Shown: one piece after another, positions 1-6,726 of the stretch
How positions within the stretch are numbered: the first letter of the stretch is position 1
Layout of the letters: every line of letters starts with the position of its first letter
Assembly (NCBI GenBank): GCA_964470645.1
Contig: CAYYDP010000033.1
Coordinates: 1-13,840 of the forward strand
Direction of reading: 5' to 3'
DNA length: 13,840 nt
Origin: an uncultured Gammaproteobacteria bacterium
GTDB taxonomy: Bacteria > Patescibacteriota > Patescibacteriia > CAYYDP01
Program-made: the position numbers and the translations under genes
The notes under the pieces: model-generated
The model's database searches: none
The model's input: the letters and a program-made list of their open reading frames with translations, nothing else
Told to the model about the DNA's origin: nothing

Positions 1-429
1 CTTAGCCTTTTTGTCAGTAGGTAGTGCTTGTGTTTTTTCGTCATCCAAGAACCTTACGATCTTTGCAACCAACTTATCAAGATACAGTTTTGCGTCATCA
101 TTCATTTCCAACCCCACCATTTCATCTTCCATGGTAAAACGAGATATGGCTAAATACATCCTCCTTGCTTTTTGTGCACGAAAATAATCGCGACACTCAT
201 TCTTTGCGATTGCGGAAATATATGTAAACAACGTAGCGTTAGTTGGTTTGTAATTTTTTCTATGTTTTAACGCCTTAAATATCGCATTTTGAGCTATATC
301 TTCAGCGTCGACTCTTGAAAGACCTGAGGAACGAAAATGACTTAACAGAAAACTTATCAACCTTGGTTGTAGTTCAGCTATTTGTTTTTCGAGTTCAGAT
401 GAATTATTATGTTCTTCTGTCTTTCCCAT
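1..429 (-). CDS. RNA polymerase sigma-70 factor, ECF subfamily; N-terminal part only (region 2), the ORF continues past the window start
   Basis: Reverse-strand translation from the ATG at 429..427 gives MGKTEEHNNSSELEKQIAELQPRLISFLLSHFRSSGLSRVDAEDIAQNAIFKALKHRKNYKPTNATLFTYISAIAKNECRDYFRAQKARR..., which fits the sigma-70 region 2 pattern (D.ED..Q..F.K......Y......TWL..IA.N...D). The frame is open to position 1. The ORF track omits it because there is no stop inside the window. Confidence 0.55.
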   Translation of the reverse strand, partial: MGKTEEHNNSSELEKQIAELQPRLISFLLSHFRSSGLSRVDAEDIAQNAIFKALKHRKNYKPTNATLFTYISAIAKNECRDYFRAQKARRMYLAISRFTMEDEMVGLEMNDDAKLYLDKLVAKIVRFLDDEKTQALPTDKKAK

Positions 430-444
430 ATCATAAATCCACTT

Positions 445-1656
445 TCAAATTTGAAACTCCCCATCTTGATAAATCACCCGCTTTGTTCCATCAGGAAGTT
501 CAGCTGTAACGGTGCGGTTTGTGGTTGAAATAATATCACAGTGTTCCGCGCTTTCATTATACCCCAATCGTTTCCACTCTTCATCCGTAACCTTTGATGG
601 GTCACCCGGATAGCTATCTTTATACGCGTTCCCCAGAGCAATATGCGTATTACCAAATACTCCGCCCATATTTTCATCATACAACGTCTCACCCATGAAC
701 TTGGTAATTCTGCTAAACCCTCGATCGGTCAAACTAAATTCACCAATCTTATCAGCGTTCTCAGTCGCAATCATTTCTTTTAACAACGCCTCATTTTCCT
801 TCGCTGTGCTTCTTGTTACCTTGCCCTCTTTGAACTCCAGTTCAATCCCGTCAATTTTGTTTCCAAAACGATACAACGGCTGATTAAACCTGATCCACCC
901 TTCCGTCCCTCTCCAGTCAGGGGAAATAAAGACCTCAAACGATGGAATATTTCTTCCGCTTCCACCGAGCCACTGCCTTCCTTCGCCGAGTCGAACTCGC
1001 AAATCAACGTCTTCGCCCTGTATATGCAGTGACTCAATCTTCATTGAATCAAGGGAACGTTTGATAGACGCGATCTGCGAAAACACCTCATTCCACTTCG
1101 CAACCGGATCTTCATGGTCTAAAAAACAAGCGTTAATAATTTCATTCCAATATTCCTCGATGGTCATCCCAACATCGTCCGCGTAGGCCTGCGTTCCATA
1201 CATGCCCAGTGTCCAACTAAACTTGTACTGATTCTCTTTCGCTTCCCGAGCCTCGTAATAAAACTTCATGGATTTTCGCCTCGCAATCAACTTCTTGCTA
1301 TCAACACCTTTTAATGCGTATTTATCGTTGTCAGCAAGGATCGCCAAAGAATGGTCAATGGTACGCACTCGTTCCAATAAATACTCTTTCGGATAAAAGG
1401 TTACCTGTTCATCATTTGCATGATCATAAAACGTTCTCAGAACGTCCGATGATGTTCCATTTGGACGATATTCAAGGATAAAATGAGCACCCGACTCAAG
1501 GACGGCTGTCTGTAGGGGTTCCAACATTGGCTTTGCGCAATCAGGAACAATAAGATAGACAATCTCACCAGGTTGCACACCCTTCCCGCCCCACAACGCA
1601 AACTTCACCAGCACATCCGCGTAACGTTTAAGAATAATTGGATCGGGTTGATACAT
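445..1656 (-). CDS. Aminopeptidase of MEROPS family M29 (aminopeptidase T / AmpS / PepS-like)
   Basis: 403-aa ORF with a typical M29 architecture and the conserved GGVFGNTHIALG segment near the C-terminus. It lies 3 nt downstream of eno and immediately upstream of the sigma-factor gene on the same strand. Confidence 0.85.
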   Translation of the reverse strand: MYQPDPIILKRYADVLVKFALWGGKGVQPGEIVYLIVPDCAKPMLEPLQTAVLESGAHFILEYRPNGTSSDVLRTFYDHANDEQVTFYPKEYLLERVRTIDHSLAILADNDKYALKGVDSKKLIARRKSMKFYYEAREAKENQYKFSWTLGMYGTQAYADDVGMTIEEYWNEIINACFLDHEDPVAKWNEVFSQIASIKRSLDSMKIESLHIQGEDVDLRVRLGEGRQWLGGSGRNIPSFEVFISPDWRGTEGWIRFNQPLYRFGNKIDGIELEFKEGKVTRSTAKENEALLKEMIATENADKIGEFSLTDRGFSRITKFMGETLYDENMGGVFGNTHIALGNAYKDSYPGDPSKVTDEEWKRLGYNESAEHCDIISTTNRTVTAELPDGTKRVIYQDGEFQI

Positions 1657-1659
1657 ACA

Positions 1660-3024
1660 TTATCTCCACTTTGAAAACACCGCTCCCGCTCCCAACCCCT
1701 CCTCAATCCTCAAAAGCTGATTGTACTTAGCGACGCGATCAGTTCGAGAAAGCGAACCCGTTTTAATCTGTCCACACCCCAACCCAACCACAAAATCCGC
1801 GATGGTCGTGTCTTCGGTTTCCCCTGACCGGTGAGAAATGATCGATGTGTATTTCGCATCGTTTGCCATCTTGATGCAATCAATCGTTTCGGTCACTGTC
1901 CCAATTTGATTGAGCTTCACCAAAATCGAATTGCAAATCTTCTGATCAATTCCCATTTTCAAACGCTTCGGATTTGTCACAAATAAATCATCACCAACGA
2001 GCTGAGTTTTATCACCCAACGTTTCAGTCAATAATCGATACCCCTCCCAATCATCCTCCGAGAGTCCATCTTCAATGGAAACAATTGGGTACTTTTCGCA
2101 CCACGACGCGTACACACCGACCAACTCTTCTGATGATAACACTTTTCCCTCAATCTCAAGATGATACTTCCCGTCCTTATAAAGCTCCGTTGCGGCAACA
2201 TCAAGCGCCAACGAAATATCCTTTCCCGGTTCATATCCAGCCGATCGAATCGCCTCCAAAATCACCTCAACAGCGGCTTCGTTCGCACCGAGTGCTGGAG
2301 CATACCCACCCTCATCCCCAACCGACGTTGAAAACCCCTTCTTCGCGAGAATTTTTTTGAGTGCATGAAATGTTTCTGCTCCATACCGCAAGGCTTCCCG
2401 AAAACTTGCAGCCCCGTGCGGAACAATCATAAACTCCTGGAAATCTGTTGATCCAGCCGCGTGCTTGCCGCCATTCAACACGTTCATCAAAGGCACGGGC
2501 ATGATGTACCTTCCCTGACTTTCTCCCTCCCTTAAGGTAAGGGAGGGTTGGGGAGAGTTATGCTCTGCTGAGCCCATAACCCCCTCAGTCCCCCTTACCT
2601 TAAGGGGGAGGTATAAATCACGAAAATATTCATACAACGTTTTCTTCTCACAAAGAGCCGCTGCCTTGCTAAACGCCATGGAAACCCCAAGAAGCGCGTT
2701 TGCGCCCAACGCTCCCTTGTTCTCAGTACCATCAAGCGCAATAAGCGCGGCGTCAAGATCTCGTTGATCAAACGATTTTCTTGTCATGGATTGAGCAATG
2801 GTAGTACGCACATTCTCAACCGCCTTCAAAACCCCTTTCCCACCATAGCGTTTCGAATCGCCATCTCGAAGTTCAACCGCTTCATGACTCCCCGTGGAAG
2901 CCCCCGAAGGGACCGCTGCCCTCCCAAATGCGCCGTTTTCAAGCTCGACTTCGACTTCGACCGTTGGATTTCCGCGAGAATCAAGAATTTCTCTTGCGTG
3001 TATAGATTTGATTGTATGTTGCAT
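1660..3024 (-). CDS. eno: Enolase (phosphopyruvate hydratase) carrying an in-frame insertion of about 29 aa
   Basis: N-terminal [19 protein letters not shown] and SGASTG, central [12 protein letters not shown] and [11 protein letters not shown]-terminal [18 protein letters not shown] and [22 protein letters not shown]. The protein is 454 aa against about 425-432 aa for typical enolases. The extra residues map to the palindromic element at 2508-2612. Confidence 0.95.
   Translation of the reverse strand: MQHTIKSIHAREILDSRGNPTVEVEVELENGAFGRAAVPSGASTGSHEAVELRDGDSKRYGGKGVLKAVENVRTTIAQSMTRKSFDQRDLDAALIALDGTENKGALGANALLGVSMAFSKAAALCEKKTLYEYFRDLYLPLKVRGTEGVMGSAEHNSPQPSLTLREGESQGRYIMPVPLMNVLNGGKHAAGSTDFQEFMIVPHGAASFREALRYGAETFHALKKILAKKGFSTSVGDEGGYAPALGANEAAVEVILEAIRSAGYEPGKDISLALDVAATELYKDGKYHLEIEGKVLSSEELVGVYASWCEKYPIVSIEDGLSEDDWEGYRLLTETLGDKTQLVGDDLFVTNPKRLKMGIDQKICNSILVKLNQIGTVTETIDCIKMANDAKYTSIISHRSGETEDTTIADFVVGLGCGQIKTGSLSRTDRVAKYNQLLRIEEGLGAGAVFSKWR
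2508..2612. mobile_element. Short palindromic MITE-like element (RPE-like), copy 1, inserted in-frame within eno
   Basis: Left hairpin 2525-2547 (ccctccctta-agg-taagggaggg, 10-bp perfect stem). Right hairpin 2589-2609 (tccccctta-cct-taaggggga, 9-bp perfect stem). The two ends are near reverse complements of each other. The core shares gagttatgc and cataacccc with the second copy at 13549-13698. The hairpin-to-hairpin span is 87 nt, or 29 codons, and is read through without a stop in the eno frame. Confidence 0.55.
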
Positions 3025-3194
3025 AGATATTCATGTCATCCTGAGCCTGTCGAAGGATTTCATTAATGTAATAGTTCGACGGGCTCACCATGACAAGTTT
3101 TATTGCCCCTTTAGACTACCGAACAATCACAAAAACCACAAGGGACAGATAACCTGAGTTGCCTTTTGTATTTATTGTTACATGTTACGTGTTC

Positions 3195-3227
3195 CCCGCC
3201 TCGCCGAAGACGACGAGTCGAGGCGGG
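3195..3227. repeat. GC-rich intergenic hairpin repeat, copy A (cccgcctcg-N15-cgaggcggg)
   Basis: A 9-bp perfect stem in an AT-rich intergenic region. It is related to copies at 4038-4071 and 4127-4150, which share cctgcctcgccgaa.acga..gtc..ggcggg. It is flanked by the imperfect direct repeats catgttacgtg (3182-3192) and catgtctcgtg (3228-3238). Confidence 0.4.
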
Positions 3228-3281
3228 CATGTCTCGTGATTTTGACTTGTCCACATTGCGAAATTTTTTTTGAGTGCTAGT

Positions 3282-3356
3282 GTGAAAGGTATGCCAGGTA
3301 GTGAAAATTCGGCTGTTTGCTATCTGGAGTGAAAAGTTGACGAACTACAGTGAAAA
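3282..3356. promoter_or_regulatory. Four direct repeats of (A)GTGAAAA in the eno / kinase divergent intergenic region (candidate transcription-factor sites)
   Basis: gtgaaag at 3282, then gtgaaaa at 3301, 3329 and 3350, with spacings of 19, 28 and 21 nt. Confidence 0.25.
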
Positions 3357-3390
3357 TCTAGGAATAATTCATGGAACGGACGATTCGAAT

Positions 3391-3413
3391 GAAATTCTGC
3401 AAGGCAGAATTTC
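3391..3413 (+). promoter_or_regulatory. Perfect 10-bp-arm palindrome gaaattctgc-aag-gcagaatttc, 25 nt upstream of the kinase start (candidate operator or 5'-UTR hairpin)
   Basis: Read directly from the sequence. Flanked by further gaattt/gaaattc words. Confidence 0.35.
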
Positions 3414-3437
3414 AATGCCGAATTTCTACTACCTGGT

Positions 3438-4016
3438 ATGCAAGTCCCCAACCCGCTCGTCGTCGCCTTAACAGGAGAAAGAGGATCTGGCAAAGGTCTC
3501 TTTGCCGAATGTTTCAAGGAACTCGTTCCCAATAAACGCATTGTTTCCATGAAATTCCAAGATCCTCTTCGTGAAATATTAACGATTCTAAACAAACCCA
3601 TTGCTCGAGAAAACTATTCCGCCCTCGCAACAGCCCTTCGCACAGCATTCAGTGATGAAGGAATCCTTGTGGGAGCCATGAAACAACGAATTCAAGCCTC
3701 GGACGCCGACATTGTCATTCTCGACGGTGTCAGAAAAGCAGAAGAGGTCCCGTTCATCCATGAAATGAGCGGGATTCTTGTCTATATCACCGCAGACCAA
3801 AAAACCCGCTTTGAACGCAGAAGCAGAAATCCAGAAAAAGCAGATGAATTTGGTATGAGTTGGGAAGCCTTCTTGGAGCAGGACAATCTCCCCACCGAGC
3901 TCACGATCCGATCCATCGGCGAGACCCTATCAGACGTCACCATCGACAACAGCGGAAGTGTGGAGGAGTTTAGGGAAAAAGTTAAAACATTTTTAAGACA
4001 ACAAAATTTTATTTGA
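3438..4016 (+). CDS. P-loop nucleotide kinase, dephospho-CoA kinase (CoaE)-like or dNMP-kinase-like
   Basis: 192 aa. Walker A is ALTGERGSGKG, of the LTGxxGSGK type but ending GKG rather than GKS/T. A Walker-B-like DIVILDGVRK follows. The C-terminal TIDNSGSVEEFREKV resembles the CoaE ending ViDNsGsleeL. Confidence 0.5.
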   Translation: MQVPNPLVVALTGERGSGKGLFAECFKELVPNKRIVSMKFQDPLREILTILNKPIARENYSALATALRTAFSDEGILVGAMKQRIQASDADIVILDGVRKAEEVPFIHEMSGILVYITADQKTRFERRSRNPEKADEFGMSWEAFLEQDNLPTELTIRSIGETLSDVTIDNSGSVEEFREKVKTFLRQQNFI

Positions 4017-4037
4017 CTGTTATCCCGTGCTTTGACA

Positions 4038-4071
4038 CCTGCCTCGCCGAACACGAGTCATGGCGGGCGGG
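4038..4071. repeat. GC-rich intergenic hairpin repeat, copy B (degenerate)
   Basis: cctgcctcgccgaacacgagtcatggcgggcggg aligns to copy A with a 3-nt gap and a few substitutions. Confidence 0.35.
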
Positions 4072-4126
4072 ATCCAAACAAAAAAACCAAAAAATCTGTT
4101 TGTGTTATTTTTTACTTTTTGGATTT

Positions 4127-4150
4127 CCTGCCTCGCTGGCAACGGGCGGC
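4127..4150. repeat. GC-rich intergenic repeat, copy C (partial)
   Basis: cctgcctcgctggcaacgggcggc shares the 10-nt cctgcctcgc with copy B and the ggcgg tail. Confidence 0.25.
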
Positions 4151-4387
4151 TAAAACTTACCTTTGTCATTCCACACTTTGATGTGGAATCCAGAAACAAA
4201 AAACAAACAAAAAAGAGAGGCGCTCAGTATAAGGTTTGAACAATGCGCGTTGGCATCATTCGACAACACCTTACACCAAGCCACCTCTCGCCCTAACAGC
4301 TAATCGGAACCATCAAACCCGCAGAAAATCCTCTCCGCGGATTCTTCCGACTTTCAAACCCCGGGCAGAGGTTTGAGAAAATTGAAG

Positions 4388-5563
4388 TTACTTCTGACCG
4401 ACGCCGGGAATCGAGATAAACGGTACACCTCCGCCGGTCACTAGAGGTGTGATGCCGTTCCAACGTTGAATCCCCTGCCACTGTACTAACTGTGGCGATA
4501 AAGAGGACGCCACGAGACGATTCGCTTCAGCTTGGGCTTTGGCGACACGTAAAATTGACTGCGCCTCGCCTTCTGCTGCCGCAATCCTTTGTTTAGCCTT
4601 GGCTTCGGACTGGCGGACTTTATTCTCCGCCTCGATCGCACGTTGCGTCGCCTCAATCACAGCGTTGATGCTCGCCTGAACTTTTTCATCAACGCGCAGC
4701 CCGCCAACAAAGCTGACCATGTCGAACTTGAAACCTTTCGGAACAAGTTCGCGCTGCAGATCAGCCTTGACGCTATCCAGCAATGCTTGTTTTCCCTCAC
4801 CGAAAATATCAACAACTTTTTCAGTGCTGGCTCGCCGGCTGAAGTAATCACGGACCTTGGAACGCATGTATACGTCCGTGATGTGTTCAGGGCTTTTCCT
4901 GAACTCAACGAAAAGTGCGGGCACCTTTTCTCCCTCAAAACCGTAGCTCAACGCGATATCCGCATTGACTATCGCGCCCTCAATGGAATTGAAGGTGATA
5001 CTCTCGTCGTTGGAAGATCCCTCCATCTCGGCCTTCGTCCAAACAACATTTTGGAGGAACGTCGGGAATTTGTACACATCCTCGGTGAGGAGGTTGTACC
5101 ACACTCGCCCCGTGACAAGCGGGAAATCCTCAACACCTTTTTGCGAACCATACTGGTTCACTTTGATGCCAACATATCCCGGCTCAACCTTGGTGCACGC
5201 CGACATTCCTGACAGCAGCATCACTCCAAGAACCAGCATCGAAACCTTCTCGAGGTGGGAGGGGACACGGCGTTCCGGTGTCGTGCGAGGCGGCGCAGGC
5301 GGGAGCGGTTGAAAATCGCTCGACGGTTTGCCGCCGTTCTCGTTGTCGTCATCATGCTTCGAAACTTTCCTGATGCGATGGACGAGTTTGATGAAAAATG
5401 CCGCTCCGCCAAACAGTGTTGCGACAACAAGTACGAACCCCGCCAAGACGGCGAAGTCGTTAGCGGCGGTCATCAACCCACATCCCGATGAGAATAAAAA
5501 CATCATTATCGGAATTGCGAGGAGTCCGCCACCAACCCAGAGAAAAATTTCTCGGGTTTTCAT
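4388..5563 (-). CDS. SPFH/band-7 (prohibitin/HflKC-like) domain protein with an N-terminal membrane extension
   Basis: The C-terminal 280 aa form an SPFH domain followed by a coiled-coil and Ala/Gln-rich tail (IEATQRAIEAENKVRQSEAKAKQRIAAAEGEAQ). The N-terminus has two TM helices and a Pro-rich linker, then a lipoprotein-like signal MLVLGVMLLSGMSAC at residue 109. A good RBS ttAGGAGagttcct precedes the ATG at 5563. Confidence 0.75.
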   Translation of the reverse strand: MKTREIFLWVGGGLLAIPIMMFLFSSGCGLMTAANDFAVLAGFVLVVATLFGGAAFFIKLVHRIRKVSKHDDDNENGGKPSSDFQPLPPAPPRTTPERRVPSHLEKVSMLVLGVMLLSGMSACTKVEPGYVGIKVNQYGSQKGVEDFPLVTGRVWYNLLTEDVYKFPTFLQNVVWTKAEMEGSSNDESITFNSIEGAIVNADIALSYGFEGEKVPALFVEFRKSPEHITDVYMRSKVRDYFSRRASTEKVVDIFGEGKQALLDSVKADLQRELVPKGFKFDMVSFVGGLRVDEKVQASINAVIEATQRAIEAENKVRQSEAKAKQRIAAAEGEAQSILRVAKAQAEANRLVASSLSPQLVQWQGIQRWNGITPLVTGGGVPFISIPGVGQK

Positions 5564-5791
5564 AGGAACTCTCCTAAATGAAAAAGTGAGAAACGTGAAA
5601 CATAAATTGGAAAAACATCTATCGAAGAATCCCGCGAGAGAACCGCGGGAATTGAAGAAAGTTGTAAAGAACCGTTTTTTAATCGCCTCATCCTAGAAGC
5701 GATCCGTGAATTCTTTCGAACTCACGACGGCTCAACATAGCAGAAGAAGAAGAAGTCAAGCCACTTTGGGCTAAAAATGGCTAAGGTTTAA

Positions 5792-5842
5792 GAGTCCAAC
5801 CGGCAATTTGGGCGGAAATTGCCGGTTGGAGGTTATCAACAG
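5792..5842 (+). repeat. Structured direct repeat R1: 15-bp perfect hairpin followed by ggaggttatcaacag; attC-like ends
   Basis: tccaaccggcaattt-gggcgg-aaattgccggttgga, then ggttatcaacag. The 27-mer aaattgccggttggaggttatcaacag (5816-5842) recurs exactly at 6773-6799. The 5' word gagtccaaccggc recurs at 6727-6739 as gagtctaaccggc. Confidence 0.6.
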
Positions 5843-5913
5843 TAGATATCATCAAAAGATGTAATCCGGATTTAGAAAGGCTGAAATGCGATTTAAGATC
5901 GCACCGACGGCGG

Positions 5914-5942
5914 TTGACCATGGTCACCCGCTTATGTATACT
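5914..5942 (+). promoter_or_regulatory. Sigma-70-type promoter TTGACC-17-TATACT for the PIN toxin operon, overlapped by the 12-bp palindrome tgaccatggtca (5915-5926), a likely autoregulatory operator
   Basis: The -35 is at 5914-5919 and the -10 at 5937-5942, with a 17-nt spacer, about 45 nt upstream of the 5987 ATG. Confidence 0.45.
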
Positions 5943-5986
5943 TTCGTTAGAGCAATCATGATTGTATCTCAAGTTTCTACATCATT

Positions 5987-6181
5987 ATGAGTCAGGAAAT
6001 ATACAACCAGCAAAAACTTCTTACCATTACCCACGTTGTCAGACCTTGGCAGACCGCAACGCGTGCTGATGGGTCAGTTTCAGAGTCGCTACTTGAACAA
6101 TACGATCGCATTCGCGAGCGTGCGGATGTTGCCATGCGGGATACCGATCCGGTTAAGCTCATCCGCGAACAGAGAGATTAA
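5987..6181 (+). CDS. Small protein immediately upstream of the PIN toxin gene; putative antitoxin of unclassified fold
   Basis: 64 aa. Its stop at 6179-6181 lies 2 nt before the ATG at 6184 of the PIN gene. No recognisable RHH, AbrB or Phd signature, so the call rests on position and size only. Confidence 0.35.
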   Translation: MSQEIYNQQKLLTITHVVRPWQTATRADGSVSESLLEQYDRIRERADVAMRDTDPVKLIREQRD

Positions 6182-6216
6182 ATATGTAATTCTATGCTGC
6201 TTACTGTGACAGTTCT

Positions 6217-6597
6217 GTGTGGATCGCCGCGTTCATGAAAGAATCTCGCGGGGAACAAGCGGACAAACTCATTCGCGAATGTCTGGATGGGACTCATCAG
6301 CTCATTACTCCAATCATCATTCCGCTCGAAGTACTATCCGCGATGCAGCGACAGAGCCACGATATATCTCTTGCTGAAGAATCATATAACCTCATCATGT
6401 CATTGCCAAACAATGAACTCGTTGAATTGGATTTTGTAACTTCCCGCCTTGTAAAAGCAACCATTGCCGAAACAGGACTGAAAGCCAACGACGCATTTAT
6501 TCTCACGGTCTGCCGCGAATCACATTCGACGCTCGCAACGTTTGATGATGAATTATTGAATCGGGCGAAAGAAACCGGTATCGCCACGATTATGTGA
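6217..6597 (+). CDS. PIN-domain (VapC-like) toxin; the annotatable ORF starts at GTG 6217 but the conserved N-terminal Asp strand lies upstream behind a TAA at codon 2
   Basis: PIN motifs are present: ...IPLEVLSAM (Glu), GLKANDAFILTVC (Asp) and LATFDDEL (T.D.DF). Upstream in the same frame the sequence reads ATG(6184) TAA(6187) then FYAAYCDSSVWIAAF, a typical PIN beta-1 strand with the motif-1 Asp (gac) at 6208-6210. Confidence 0.7.
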   Translation: MWIAAFMKESRGEQADKLIRECLDGTHQLITPIIIPLEVLSAMQRQSHDISLAEESYNLIMSLPNNELVELDFVTSRLVKATIAETGLKANDAFILTVCRESHSTLATFDDELLNRAKETGIATIM

Positions 6598-6655
6598 AGG
6601 TGGGCAACACAACGTATTTTAATCCAAACAACTCGCAAGTCATTGAAATAGTTCG

Positions 6656-6690
6656 AAACCGCTCACTGATGGGCGGTTTTGTTTATTCAT
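6656..6690 (+). terminator. Rho-independent terminator after the PIN toxin gene
   Basis: aaaccgc-tcactgatgg-gcggttt followed by tgtttattc. Confidence 0.5.
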
Positions 6691-6726
6691 GTTTATAAAT
6701 CGCTGATAAAAATGCCTAACTTTCGA

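Noticed and set aside
315-509. 64-aa plus-strand ORF bridging the sigma-factor and aminopeptidase genes
   Set aside because: It overlaps the 5' end of the ECF sigma gene and the 3' end of the aminopeptidase on the opposite strand, and shows no motif.
1974-2360. Plus-strand ORFs (1974-2360, 2764-3066, 2894-3157) inside eno, with similar ones inside the aminopeptidase, SPFH, DsbA and TolB-like genes (for example 4589-5212, 4965-5312, 10811-11164, 11967-12752)
   Set aside because: All are antisense to or overlap strongly supported conserved genes, and none has a recognisable motif. They are typical shadow ORFs.
4017-4387. Rho-independent terminators for the convergent kinase and SPFH genes
   Set aside because: Several hairpins exist (4038-4071, 4168-4189, 4343-4365), but none is followed by a U-tract on the strand that would need it, so I could not support a terminator call.
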